Source: Phoronis australis
Taxonomy: Eukaryota > Animalia > Phoronida
Direction of reading: 5' to 3'
NCBI GenBank assembly: GCA_002633005.1
Contig: NMRA01000128.1
Span: forward strand, 299,165 to 363,164
DNA length: 64,000 nucleotides
Made by a program: the position numbers and the translations under genes. The first letter of the stretch is position 1. The number at the start of each line of letters is the position of its first letter. Below are positions 37,001 through 49,500 of the stretch, piece by piece. The notes below the pieces were generated by a model that worked only from the letters and a program-made list of their open reading frames with translations, was not told the DNA's origin and searched no databases.

Positions 37001-40000
37001 ATCACCAGACCCCCCCTTATTGCAGATGGCAGCAGTTTTATCTTCTGAATTTTCCACCAATTTAGAGCTCTGCAGTTTGACAGAGACATCTAGTAGTGAC
37101 CCGGGGAGATCGCTGCTTGCACTATTTCTTTCTCTAACTTGTTGACCTCCACCAGCACAGCCCTCCAACCCCTTGACAGAGACATTTAATGGTGACTCAG
37201 GGAGAAAGCTGCTTCTAGAATTTCCTTCTCTAGCTAGTTGACCTCCAACACCCCAGACATCAAATCCTTTGGCAGAGACATCTAGTGGTAACTCAGAGAG
37301 AACACTGCTTGCACTCACTTCTGCGGCTACTAGACCTATAGCAGCACAGTCCTCCAACACTTTGTCACTATCTTTACTGGAACTCTGAAAACAGGAAATG
37401 TTTTCAGAAAGGTCAAAAGAATAATAAAAAAGAAATCCTGTTACAATGTGTGAACTTTAAAGCATACAGTGGTTGTTAAAATAAAAAAAAAATTTTGTCA
37501 CACAAAAGTGAGAATAAATATCCATTTCTTTTCGACTGCACTGTATTTCAGTTTTGGATAAATCCAAAAAAATCTCTGCGGGAGTTGCTCAATGCACTTT
37601 GTCGAAATCGCCAGGACTAGCTGTGCAATTCCATACAAAAATAAACAATCTAGATGGTAAGTGTAATAATATAACATTAAATTCTGACTACTATTGCAAC
37701 AAAAGTTCAAATAAACTGCCAAGTAATTCTGGCAAGAAATTCATCATAGTTGGTAGTTAGACACAGTTCTGCCGCAGACAGCCCAGTTTATTTTGAAAAC
37801 TATCGTACCTTGAATGGTAACACACGTATATTTGAATAACTACAATACATTTTGAGCATCACGCGGTTACTTTAATGACTAACATTCATTTTCATCCTCC
37901 TAAGATACCTTATGAGGTGTTCTATTCAAACCTCTATTCAATACAACAGTTTTTTGTCTTTCATTCTTTGTTCTCCTGGTGAAAGAATGTCACAGAAAGG
38001 TTACTACACTTATCATTTTACATGCCTACGTTGCAATGATTAAATTGTGTTTCCTTATGTTGATTTAGTATCATTGGGACTGTCTAGGCAACACATCAAA
38101 ATAACAAATACATCAAAGAAGGCTTTATTTAATAATGCATGGCATTTGACTTATGAGATTTATAATTGTTGACATTTGTACATGTAATACAGTCTTGAGT
38201 CATGAAATCAAAGCCAAATCTTCACACGTGTGGCTCTTTATTTCGTCTCAGCCTATTTGGTGGGAGTTAAATATAATAAACTAGTATGTAAATATTACAT
38301 TATTATAAATCACTACTTAGGCTATCCTTAAAACATTATTGTTTCTACTAATCTCATTCTAGGGACAGACTTGCTTTTGAGACAAAAATGTCATTTTTAT
38401 AACTGATAAAATAATTCATTTGCCACAATGCAAATAAAATGTTTTGAGTGGCACACAAAATTTTATGGTCAGTGTGAGTGGAAACAATTTTGATTTTCAT
38501 TTTAGCCATGTCTGTTTTCTATCAATACTTGAACAAGATTAATACTAAACTTACTGGTACTTCAGAAAGGGGGAACTGACAGATACTGTTCTGTGGTTCC
38601 TCATCCTTGTAACTGACCTGAGTGCCTGAACAACAGGGCTGTAACCTGTTACAGCAGTTACCAATGACACAAAGAGGTCTCCTGGCAACAAGTGATTCCA
38701 TGCTGTTAAGCAAGTTGGACACACTTATTTCCTGCATACCGTCAATTTCACTTGACCTTGACTTTACGTCTCCAGGACAGCCACCACTGTTGCCATGAAA
38801 GCTCTTATTATTGAGCTCCACTTTGTCAGGATTTCCAAAATTTATCTCCATCTCTGGAACACTAATAGTTAAATTGTGAACACAGAGGAAGTTACTGACA
38901 CATTTCTGGACATTGCTTAATACACGATCCCAATTCTTAAATTCCACGAGTGTTTTTGATGGCTCAAATGTGATGTCATATGCACTTACAGGGCACGAGA
39001 CATTGAGCAGAAAAACCCCGTGTCTGCTGTCTTGTTTTTGGGGACTGCTGGCATCAAGTCCCTGGCTTGCATCTGTGATAGTAACCTTCTCACTGATAAT
39101 GAGAGACTTTCGCAGTAGATTATTGACCAGCTTGTGAATCTTTGTGTTCAGAACAAGCCTTTTGTTAATGTAAACAAACTGCAGATTCTTGTTGGCACAA
39201 AATGAACAACTAATGTAACCAGATATAGAGATGCTGTCATCATCCACACAAATCTCTCGTAAATCTTGAGCTTTTTCATGACCAAACAAGTGGGCGAATG
39301 CACCAATGATGGTTGAGCTTTTATGAGTCTGAAGAAGAACTAAGCCTGTATGGTCATTTCTTAGTGAGAATGAAATATCTGGGTGGATCAAGGCTGTACG
39401 TTCTAAGCAGTATCGTATATCCTCCAGCTCCAGAACAGAATTCAAAGCTTTTCGTCTTACAGGCATGTTGTAAAATAGTCCCAGCACAGTTATGGTTGTG
39501 CCTTGGCTGGGGCGGTACAGTTGAGACTCCACAACCTCTTTTGGTAGACCACGTTTGAACACTCGAGTGTATGTGTTTCGTGAATTAGTCTGCCTGGAAA
39601 CAATCTCTGCCATCTCCGCCACATTACAGATGCTAGCCAATGCCTCACCACGGAAACCAAAAAACTTCGGATTTTCCAAATCCTGAAGACTATGGCATTT
39701 GCTTGTGTAATGTCTGCAAACGAGAACAGAGAGGTGGTGGAATGTATTAAACGAAATATAGCCTCTCATGCAAAAATGGAACATTTTAGAAACAACTCGT
39801 CGCAGAATTTAGAGGACTGTGCATAAAGCATGACATGTGAAAAAATCCAAACAGCCATTTTTGAGTTACGATGTTCCAAAATTGACCAGATTTGGACATT
39901 TTTCTAGGTGCCTTATATAACCTCAAGTGTTGTGCTCAAGGTCACAACCATGTGATTGCTGGCAGCAGCCAGGGATTGAACCAACAACCTTTTGGTCGAG

Positions 40001-41302
40001 TCCACCACACTAACCACAGAGCAACATTGATACAGTGACAGTGACAACAGCCTGGCCACAAACATTACATCATACCATCTATTTTATTTACTTTTTGATT
40101 TGACTGGGAAGATAACAAGTTTGTTTGTAAAAGCTTTACAGCTGCTGAGCTGCTCAACTAATATTTTAGTTTAGTAATACCTTCAACGTTATGTAGGACC
40201 AAGGAAAATGTCCATATTGGCTAATTTCGGAACACCATATCTCAGAAAATAATGGCTAATCGGATTCATATTCAGTTTTCAGATACTATGCATAATGTAC
40301 TGTTCTCCAAAATGCAGTTAGGAAAATTTTTAATACATTGAATGTTTTTATAAGTCCCACCTTTGCATGACGGGTTACCAAATATAGGACTTTTGTGAGT
40401 TTTATGAGAAAATCCTTAAGTTGTATGAAATGAAAACAAACAAAATATTTTTGAAAAATGTAACAGCATTTTTGAGAAGTTGAACATTTTTATCAAATAA
40501 AATTTGATCATGTTATCGATTCCATTGCTTTGTTTGTACAGTAAAATCTTACCAATTAAGGACACAGTATGGTGGACAAGTATGGACACAGTATGGTGGA
40601 CAAGTGAAATTTCTTATTTTTTCGTGACATATAGTATCAAAATGGTGCTTTGCCAAATTCTAATTCTGAATAAAAGCTCTAGAGCAAAAGACAATAATTA
40701 GAAAAAAGTGGCACTTGTAAGAAAGTTAGAAGCATTTGAAAAATCAAAAAAGCACAAGTTTGGCATTTATTTTTGTCAGAAATTGGTCAGATTTTAACGT
40801 ACATTACTTTGTTGCTAAATTTTACTAGAACATGACATGACCATGTGACCCAATTACTGGTAGATTGATAAAAAATCAAAAATCAAATTCTACAGGCTTT
40901 CTACTTTCATGAAATATGTTTATAGTTTTTTAGATATTTTTAAATTCGCCGACTTGTAATATAAAACCTTAAAGAAGTACTAAAATAATTTTTGAGCCAC
41001 CAGCACCAGTACCACCACCCCCACCACCACCACCGCCGCCCCCACCACTGCTCATATCAATTAAACTCATGTATATGACTGTAATACCGTATGCCAATCC
41101 AGTCAAAGTCTTCTCGACATATTCCATTTCCATTATCTACAACTTGAACTTTTTGTTTCTCCACATCAACACGGACAGCCAGACAGGAACAACCAGCATC
41201 AATGGCATTGAATACAAGTTCATCAACACACTGCGAGAAGGTTGTTACAGTGACGCCGGAACGTAGATGACATTGTAGGGCATCAGATAAAAGACCAATC
41301 AT
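28043..41302 (-). CDS. MLH3: DNA mismatch repair / meiotic crossover endonuclease MLH3, about 1633 aa, 14 coding exons
   Basis: Exons 41302-41088, 39713-38555, 37384-35074, 34674-34576, 34071-33877, 32959-32772, 31712-31637, 31332-31261, 30622-30497, 30199-30072, 29425-29402, 29212-29134, 28815-28658, 28114-28043 total 4902 nt with consistent phases. GHKL ATPase motifs (CVDELVFNAIDA, VVDNGNG, TSK, FGFRGEALASI), YDITFEPSKTLVEFKNW, a long linker, endonuclease motif DQHAVDERIQLE, ACRGAIKFGD and LPFQCAHGRPS. Confidence 0.96.
29612..30041. repeat. Two direct copies of a ~115-bp intronic segment (29612-29728 and 29929-30041)
   Basis: Both copies share CATCCTGACACAAAATTATAG...AAGGTCATGAATTT...TAAGCACGGTGCAGATGATG. 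Confidence 0.85.
37080..37322 (-). repeat. 96-bp (32-aa) in-frame coding tandem repeat, about 2.5 copies, in the MLH3 linker
   Basis: GAGACAT anchors at 37083, 37179 and 37275. Peptide units: SASSVLSELPLDVSAKGFDVWGVGGQLAREGN / SRSSFLPESPLNVSVKGLEGCAGGGQQVRERN / SASSDLPGSLLDVSVK. Confidence 0.85.
39961..40025 (-). repeat. tRNA-derived SINE head fragment
   Basis: The reverse strand reads GTTGCTCTGTGGTTAG (A-box-like)...GGTTCAATCCC (B-box). Confidence 0.5.
40997..41048. repeat. Imperfect (CCA)n microsatellite in the first MLH3 coding intron
   Basis: CCACCAGCACCAGTACCACCACCCCCACCACCACCACCGCCGCC. Confidence 0.8.
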
Positions 41303-42210
41303 CACTGGTGTATTGCAGGAGTTCCTTTAAGCTGAAGTCAACCATAGCCTGAAAAACACAATATACTTAAAGTTGCGATAAACCCGTGCCTTCTGTAACA
41401 GAAAAAGCTCTTGATTTAGGCCAATTAACATTACAAAATCTGACTCATCTTGTTCCTTAATACGATTAGAAATGATTTCTAGGCTACATTGCTTCCGACC
41501 AGGTTCATGGCAGATTGACAGTTGACCTTGACAGAGCAGTATGGCCGTCATGGGAATTTCACCTGTTTTATTGCAACTCATTGAAATCAAACAGTGGATA
41601 AGATTTCGAAGACATTATTGCTTTTTAAGGATGGAAGTAACCCAGAATCAGAGGGAAAACACTGATTAACCCATACTTTAGGATACAAGCATCATTTCCC
41701 AAAATATTGTGGGTTCAGTTCGCACCTTGGCCAAAGCATTTTTTCAGACTTAGGAATCAAAATACAGCACTACATCACTCACATCCATGAACAGGGGGGC
41801 CCATCATGCTTCTCCAGTTATGAATTACCACCCTACAACTACAAGCCACCATCCTAGGCAGAACCCTTCTTGGACCAGAGAGAGATGTGAGAAATTGTGA
41901 ATCTGTAGTGTAATGTAGTTTGAGGAAGAAGTATCAGATAAAGCGACGTTGCGGTAGCAGAAAGCATGATTTAAAAAGAGCACCTCCAGGCATCTCAACT
42001 GGCCCCAGTGGAGACAGTGCATGGACATCCCACAGGCCCTCTATATGTTGGAAGCTTTTCGACGAATTATGCCCAACACTGATTATTTAAACCAAGAATA
42101 TGTGACATCATATAGACTGGCGCAATCAGTATGTGTAAAAATTGTCAGTTGCTGATTTGGGCCGAATTGAACGAAAGACTGTTAGAAGAAAATGCACGAT
42201 TTTGGGGACA

Positions 42211-42325
42211 CTGGTCGAATATAGCAGTCCCTGATTTTGAATACCAGTTTCATCCACTGAATAACAGGCTTGTATTCAGTGATTGCCTGGTTCTCAAAAT
42301 CTGGGACTGCTATATATCCGACCAG
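42211..42325. mobile_element. Foldback inverted repeat (about 115 bp), MITE-like
   Basis: CTGGTCGAATATAGCAGTCCCTGATTTTGA...CACTGAATA pairs with TATTCAGTG...TCAAAATCTGGGACTGCTATATATCCGACCAG. Confidence 0.75.
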
Positions 42326-43392
42326 AGCCTTTAGTGGCCATGCAGCTGATACACGTGCTGAGATGTAGAGAGGGATTCGATAACTAGACCGCACACCAAC
42401 CAGAGGTACTGAGCTCGGATCACGGATAACCAGAATGAGAGTGTAAGAGTTGTAATGTAACTTGTAAGACACCTTGATGAATGAGACTGAGAGTCTACAG
42501 TACTGCACCACTTGTTTTTCCAGGTTTACAGAATTTTTAAACATTTCGTTTTCGTCAATATCATAAATACTATCCGTCTCACCTCTATTCATTATTTGTT
42601 TCGATAATTAATGATGGGAAATATCAAAACTACATAGAAAACGCCGAGCCTCCTGAGCCACGCACGTGAAACTTGTTTACATTTTTATTCGAAATGTTTT
42701 TCTGACGGAGCAAAGTTCGTGTTCCTGTCCACGCAAATTCTCGCAGGATCTCGCCGGTTGTTTTTATTACCTGAGTAACGGATTACTGCAATCAAGAAGA
42801 TGTTCTTCCCATTCCAAAACAATTAAATCAAAGATCTGTAAGTTTATTACGCAAACTGCTGTCTTTATAAGTTTGTTTGACATGAGCAGCCAGTTGTCTT
42901 GACTTGTTTTGTCCAAACTAAAGGCCAGGGTACTGGTCAAAACTGACAAAAGTCAAAACACGAAACATTCGAGTTGTCTGGGACTGGAGTCTGGACTGTG
43001 ACTTTGTACAATGAACTACAAAACCGGCAAAATGAAGACCCAGAAATTGAATAACTACAATGCAAGTACTTGATGCATCTTTTTCTAGTGGAAAAACAGT
43101 CAACTTTCAACGACATTAGCCTCCAAATACAGTTATCAATGGCCATGATGGTTAAGCGTTATTGTAGTTGCCAACATTAAAATGAAAACGTGGGACTAGT
43201 CCTGTTGCAGTGCTAGGCCAGGGTGCACCCTGAAACACAATGCTAAAGTTATTTTCTCTTTTTGTCGTGACTGTGATACATGGAAGAAAGAGAAATAGTG
43301 GTACATACACGTACAGTGTGGAACAGTAATACACACAGCCACACATTACAACAGCTTTGTGACATAAACATGAAGCCCATGTTGTGATATGT

Positions 43393-43790
43393 GCAATTGC
43401 CTCTTGGTTGAAGAGTTTAGACACTTGGCTCTCGCAAGTGTAACATTGATGCCTGACTTTAATGAAAAACCCACGATTAACCCCGAGATGTTATGAGTGG
43501 CAGATGGAGAGGGTTACAGCCTGGTGGTGGAACTAGAGCACAAGGACAGTGTTACTACAGGGTATTGTTGGTGAGGGCAAATTCCAGGACGCTGGGGTGT
43601 TGCTGAAGACTGCAGCCAGGATGCCTGCCTGTTCCACCGAAGGGGCAGGTGTGTTGTGACAAGTGACTTCCGGGTGTGACATACAGCCAGATAAAGCCTC
43701 TCTAAGTTGCTTGCCAAGTGGCAATTGCCTCTTGGCTGAATGGTTTAGACTTTCGGCTCTCACATGTGCAATCTGGCTTCAAGTTCTGGA
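43393..43790 (+). repeat. Two related degenerate tRNA-like SINE head fragments (~43393-43440 and ~43721-43790)
   Basis: GCAATTGCCTCTTGG(T/C)TGAA..GTTTAGAC...GGCTCTC occurs twice. The second copy has A-box-like TGGCTGAATGG and a weak B-box. Confidence 0.45.
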
Positions 43791-44660
43791 TTCACTGAAA
43801 TTTTCTACACCCATAGTTTTTTCGCAAGGTCACCACCAGAGACATATTTTGTTATTGTTAAAAGTGAGTGAAATCTGCCACAGACAGTAACATGAATACC
43901 CAATATAATTTATAATTATACTTTTTATATTTTCAATATTTAAATACAAATGGCTGACTCCAAAGTTATTACAATTGATTATAGTCACTTGTATGGGTCC
44001 CATACTTTGAGAATCATTTTTTTCCACTGAATAAGAAGTAAGTGACTATTGCCTTAAAGTGAATATTGAATAGGGAGGAGTTCCAATGTCCATTCCACAG
44101 AATCTGTTGTGTCAAAGATGGTCTTACCTATCTGACTGCACCATCTTTATATATTGCTCAATGTAACACAATTCCATTGTGATAGACATTTCCTAGTAGC
44201 TAGCATATCTACTCGAGACAGTTCAAATTTTAAGTACATCAAAATTTGAAAATTCCGTTCAGTGCATCTCACTAATTGACTGAAAGTTAAGTTCCATTGA
44301 CACTCCAGATATAATTGCCGTGTTTATTAATTGCGCTCACAACATGAGCGGATAATAGCCTATTCAAATCATTGATAATAGCATGTCGCTTGTTGTCTCT
44401 GGAGTCCTTAAGACTGCATTCATGGTCAGTTCATTACAAAATTCTTTTTATTCTCTATATTGTGGGCTTTAGATCATTCATCTATATATGCAAAACACAT
44501 TTAAAAATGTAAAAAGACACATTTTGTCCTGTTCAGCTAGCAAAAAATCAAATCAGACCTTTTAGCCTCATGAAATCGGTCTCATAATATTCTTTACACG
44601 ACAGGACCAAAATTTTGAGGTGCATAAAACTTCAAAATTATTCGCTGGATAAGCTTGATT

Positions 44661-44740
44661 GTTGCCTGACGTCAAATGCATTGTTCAACAATAACAATGT
44701 AACGGTTGATAATGTGACGTCATAGTTGCTATACGGCGTG
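44661..44740 (+). promoter_or_regulatory. Candidate ZC2HC1C promoter: two perfect CRE palindromes with adjacent RFX half-sites
   Basis: TGACGTCA at 44667-44674 and 44715-44722, GTTGCC at 44661 and GTTGCTAT at 44725. A donor-like AAC|GTAAGC at ~44900 could splice to the acceptor at 46570 just before the ATG. Confidence 0.45.
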
Positions 44741-45074
44741 TAACTTTTGTGCACTGGGCCCTGGAGCTATTAAATTTAACAGAAAAATTTCTTGCCATTT
44801 GGTACACAAGAGCTACGCGTTTAACAATGTCTTGCCGACGACAGTCATATTATCATGACAATGTGGTTGAATTTTTTATGTCTATTCTACGCTTTAAAAC
44901 GTAAGCCTCTGTGCACTTGGACACATTAGACTTGAATATGGCTGAATATTACAAAGACACATCCTCTCTGTGCATTCTCTCATAATGTGAATGATTCCAC
45001 AATAAGGTTGATTCAAGATCTCTGTCATTATCCACATGTTCGTGGTCACCTGCTCTCCTGGCGTGAAAGTTTTC

Positions 45075-45205
45075 TGTCCTGGTGTGATGAATTTGCTGTC
45101 CTGTTGTGACTACCTGTCGGTCCTAGTATGATGAAATTCCGTTCCTGATGTGTTAAATTTTGGTCGTGACTTGAAAAATTATCGGTCCTGGGGTGATAAA
45201 TTGTG
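45075..45205. repeat. Degenerate ~21-22-bp minisatellite, about 6 units
   Basis: Units resembling GTCCTGGTGTGATGAATTT recur at ~45077, 45098, 45120, 45141, 45163 and 45185. Confidence 0.6.
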
Positions 45206-46573
45206 GTTTTGAGTTGTTGTTCCTACAGCGTTTTTAATTCTTAAATAATATGTGCCCTGGATTTCTTCGGCTGTGGTGTTCCGTAATATGCTGTCTAGTG
45301 CATTGTTTAGTGCTTTAAAGACAGTGCGGCCTTGAAATGAAAGCCATGTCATATCTAGACATTGATGAAGGTCAGAGTTATTGATTGAATGGCTTACTGG
45401 AGATTGGCCAATTAATTACTTACAATTAAGTTGAAATTGTTAGAATTAATAACTACCTTAAGTTATCTTCTGTTTGGCGTTGAAAATCAACTGTAGCAAA
45501 TGTAATAAATGTAGATTTGACTGTCTCCTATTTTAGAAGAGTAAAATTTCGAATTCTATTTTTTTTTTAGCCAGCTAAACTGGGCGAAATTCAGATTTGG
45601 GTGGGCGGAGATCAGGGGTTTGTTTTCCACTCTCTCTTGACACCCGAAACCCTTCAGTTTAACTACTAAGACACTGCTACAGCATCATAAAAATAAATGT
45701 CTGTTATTGTATTTGGCATTATCTCTTGAAAACGGACATTAATTGACATACTTTTGTAGTAAAAGTACTACGGTATGTTTAGCCTGAATTTCTTTTGTAG
45801 TGACAATCAGTTTTGTTGTAGACTATTTGTATTCTGATGAGAGTCAGACATGGTAATAAATTGACATGCAGCACAAAAGTGTGTAATCAACTGAGCTGAA
45901 TTCCGTGTCAGTGAGCTAATTGATTCTGTTAGAATGATATTTTATTGATGTAGGCTTGTAATAAGGAGATTAAGAAAGTGTCCTGTAATGACTTCCAGGC
46001 ATTCAGAACAATTGACATAGCTAAACAAGTTTTATGCTAGATTTGGATCAAATTACTCAGTAGATGATTGTTGTTCATGCTTACTCATAAACACTGGTTT
46101 GTACATTAAAGTTCTGAAAATATTAAGTGGAGATGTGACTCTGAACAAATTGCCCAATGGCATGTTTTGTGGCTTCGCAAAATGTCTCTGTGTCAGTCAG
46201 TGACAATTTCTGAATTCTATTTTTTACAACAAAATCATTAAAAGCACGATAGGCCAAAAATTATTACAGATTCTGATTGTATGCACTTTTTCATGTTTGA
46301 ATTTTTTTCAAAAATATGTAGCAGAAGTATGATTTTTTGTTTCTGATAGGTTCCTATTTTGTCTTTCTTTATGAATACAGTTCAATAATTTAGAATGCAT
46401 GATGCAGCATTTATTTACAACAACAGTTTTTCTAGTTTTATTTTCTTATAAGTGATATGTCATGGGCTTGGCAGACTCCACAACAAAAATTTTCAAAAGT
46501 TGCTTAAATATTTTGTGTGGTGCAATGCTTCAATTGTATCAAAGTGCATATTTGTGTCGACTACTTTCAGAGA

Positions 46574-49500
46574 ATGCAGACAAATTACGCCCAGCCATCT
46601 CGCCTGCAGCTGCTGCAGGCTGATTTCCAAAAGAGGCAGTTGAGGCAAAAGGAAGAGAAACTGTTGAGTCTGCACCAACAGAGTCAGAAGGCTGCAGAAC
46701 AGAGACTTGATCGAATAACGCAGAACAGTGGTGGTAAAACAAGAACAGAAGGCACAAGTGTCAGAGATTTCTTCAATGGGAAACGAGGAGTGTCCCAAAA
46801 CAACAACACAAACAACAATATGGCACCAAAGCAAGAGCCTAGCTATCAGACTGGTACCTACGCAAACAAAATGCACAATAATCAGGCACAGAGAGTTATG
46901 GGTCTTCCGCCAAAAAAGAATAGTGCTGGTCGAGATAAGAGCAACCCGTTGGCTCCAATACAGAGGGATTCTAGCGCAGGTCGTAAAGGATCTCGTGTGA
47001 AGAAGTTAACCGAAGAATCTAGGAGAAACTCATTACCTTCTCTAAATAATGATAAATCAGGCAGTATTAACTCTGGTCCATACAGTGACGGGAACTATAG
47101 TGGTTTAAGTGATAGTGGAATGTCAAATGACAATGTTCCTGATTCCTCTAGGAGCTCCAAACAAAAACAGTCAGTCCGTCGAAAGCAGATAACTCAGAAG
47201 CGCCATCAGCAGGCAGAAGCATACGATAATGAATCCAGTGAAGAAGATGTCAAACCCAAGAATGTGGAGAAATTAACCGATTTCCAAAAATGGCAGCTGG
47301 AGCAAGATGAAGCTAAGAGAAAACGTTTGGAAAAGGCAAGGCAGACGGAAAAACCAAAATCAAGGTCGATTGATTTTGACAGAGAGTCTGGACGTGGTGG
47401 TGAGAACTCAGCGGATGAAGAGGACAATTTTGCTGCGGAGATAGCACGGAAGGAAAGAGAACTTCTGGCACAGATAGAGCAGCGTCAACGGGAACTGGAG
47501 CAAATGCAGTTGGAGAAACAGAGGGATGAAGAAGAGGTAAGCGTATTTTTTTGTTGTGAGGAGGATTATTGAGGGCATTGTACTCCCTATATTGTATTTA
47601 AACATGGTGCTGTCCTGGGCTGTGTCCTCTACATTACAAACACGGTGCTAAGCCATGTTTAAAATCTCAAGCCATGTTTGAAAAACCTACGACTTATCTC
47701 CTTTGTGAGAAGAATAATTGAAGTAGTATTGCATAATGATACTTACTTTTTACATTTAGCTGTAAAATGATATTGACATGCTCATCAATTGAAAATAATG
47801 TGTAACTGTTGTAAATTGCTTTTCTGACTTAACAATAAAGGAAGATAAGGACGAGAAACCCTGTCGCACAATATCTACCAAGTTTGAGGTCGAACCCTAC
47901 TGGCCTTTTTCTTCTCTGGTTTGAGCCAAAAATCAAATAATCAGTTTGGAACATTATTTCATTCTTGAGCTATTTTGAGAAAAGTCACACATTCTTATTA
48001 GTGCTTTGTTACTGTCAAGCAAAATGTTTCAAATGTTGGATTCAGGACTTCCAATTTATATGTAGACTGATTTTGAAACAAACTTTGGCAGGACTTTATT
48101 AATTCCCAGTATCAGTCCAATTTGTTATTCCTTCAGATAAAGCATCAACTGGCGATTCCTACTGAGGAAGTTTTAGATGGAGTTTTCTGCAATCCTTCTA
48201 ACAAAACAAGTTTTTGCAGGAAGCACGTGAAGAAGAACGCCGTCGTAAGGAAGAAGCACTACTTGAGAAGCGGCGACGGAAACTGGAGGCAGAGGAACGA
48301 AAACGAGAAGAGGAGGATTACAGACGGAGACTTGCTGAAGAAGAGGCTGAAGAGAGGCAGAGACTGGAAGAGGAGGAGGCGAGGGCACGGCAGAACGCTC
48401 GTCGACGGAAAACTCCACCAGATGCATTCCCTACAAAACCGGTGACAGTGAAGCATAAAACCAAACCTCAGAATCAGCCCCAGGCCCAGAGATATAACAA
48501 GCGACCAGCAACGCCCCCTGATGAGCCTGAAGATGACTATCCTAAAGTGAGTGGTATTTTTAGCTTACGGTGGTTGGATGGAGACTGCTGAATGGGATCA
48601 GAATGGCTTAGTGATGAACTTAACTTTGCATACATTGTTTTGGTAATCATAGCAGGAACTGACATTTGGAAGTTAAGTTCTTTGTGGACTTAGACAGACA
48701 ACTTTTATGGATTTTAAGTAGGTTTTAAAAAGTTTTAGTGTGTACCTTGCAATTGAGTTTCACAGTATAGTGATTCTTTTTGCAATGCTGTGAGGAAGCC
48801 GCACGCAATGAAGCATGGTGCTGGTGCCTAATCAGCTTGCAGCAGTTGTCACCTTGTATGCAGTTAGTTCTACATGGGCTGCGTCTCCTGTTGCTATTGA
48901 ATTTGAGTGTACTGCCAAAGATGCACTGTTTGTCTCACAGCATGCACATTTGCACATGCCCTCAATATAGCTATATTTGGATTGTAATTAGTCCCGTGAC
49001 ATTCCGGTTGATCACATGATGCGGAATTTGGTTACAGAGCTTCATTCGGCATAGCATCGTGTGTGGGCAGGCTGTGCCGCCCATCCAAGGTCACGTATAA
49101 ATTAGGCGAGCTCCAGTTGCCCATGTCATATGCGGCTAGCAGTATATCTTCTTGACAATTAGGGAAATCTAGCTGCTTGCAGCTGCTTGCAACTGAGTGA
49201 TTAGAAACTGGATCAGATTTATAACTTTTATACCCTCGTCAACATTTTACAGACTCCCCAGGATCCAGCTGCATTTTACGTCCAGGTTATAGCAGATGCT
49301 GAGGAAGACAATGTCCATCTTGACCTTCGACCTTGTCCTAACTGTGGCCGGAAGTTCAATGCAGATCGTTTGCAAAAGCATGCCAAGGTGAGCACTCAAA
49401 CTGGCATCTTACCTGGCTATCATAAATGACAAACTTGCATGAGACAGATGTACATCAGTCAGACTAAGCTCTGCAGCTCGGTTGTCATTATTAAAATTAG

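Noticed and set aside
40537-40605. TACAGTAAAA start and a 24-bp duplicated GGACACAGTATGGTGGACAAGT motif as a pogo/Tigger-like terminus
   Set aside because: No matching opposite end was found, and it is too short to call an element.
41327-46500. Acylphosphatase or another small gene between MLH3 and ZC2HC1C (ORFs at 42182, 43152, 43533; donor-like site near 44127)
   Set aside because: I found no GxVQGVxFR motif and could not build a phase-consistent exon chain. The ORFs overlap repeats.
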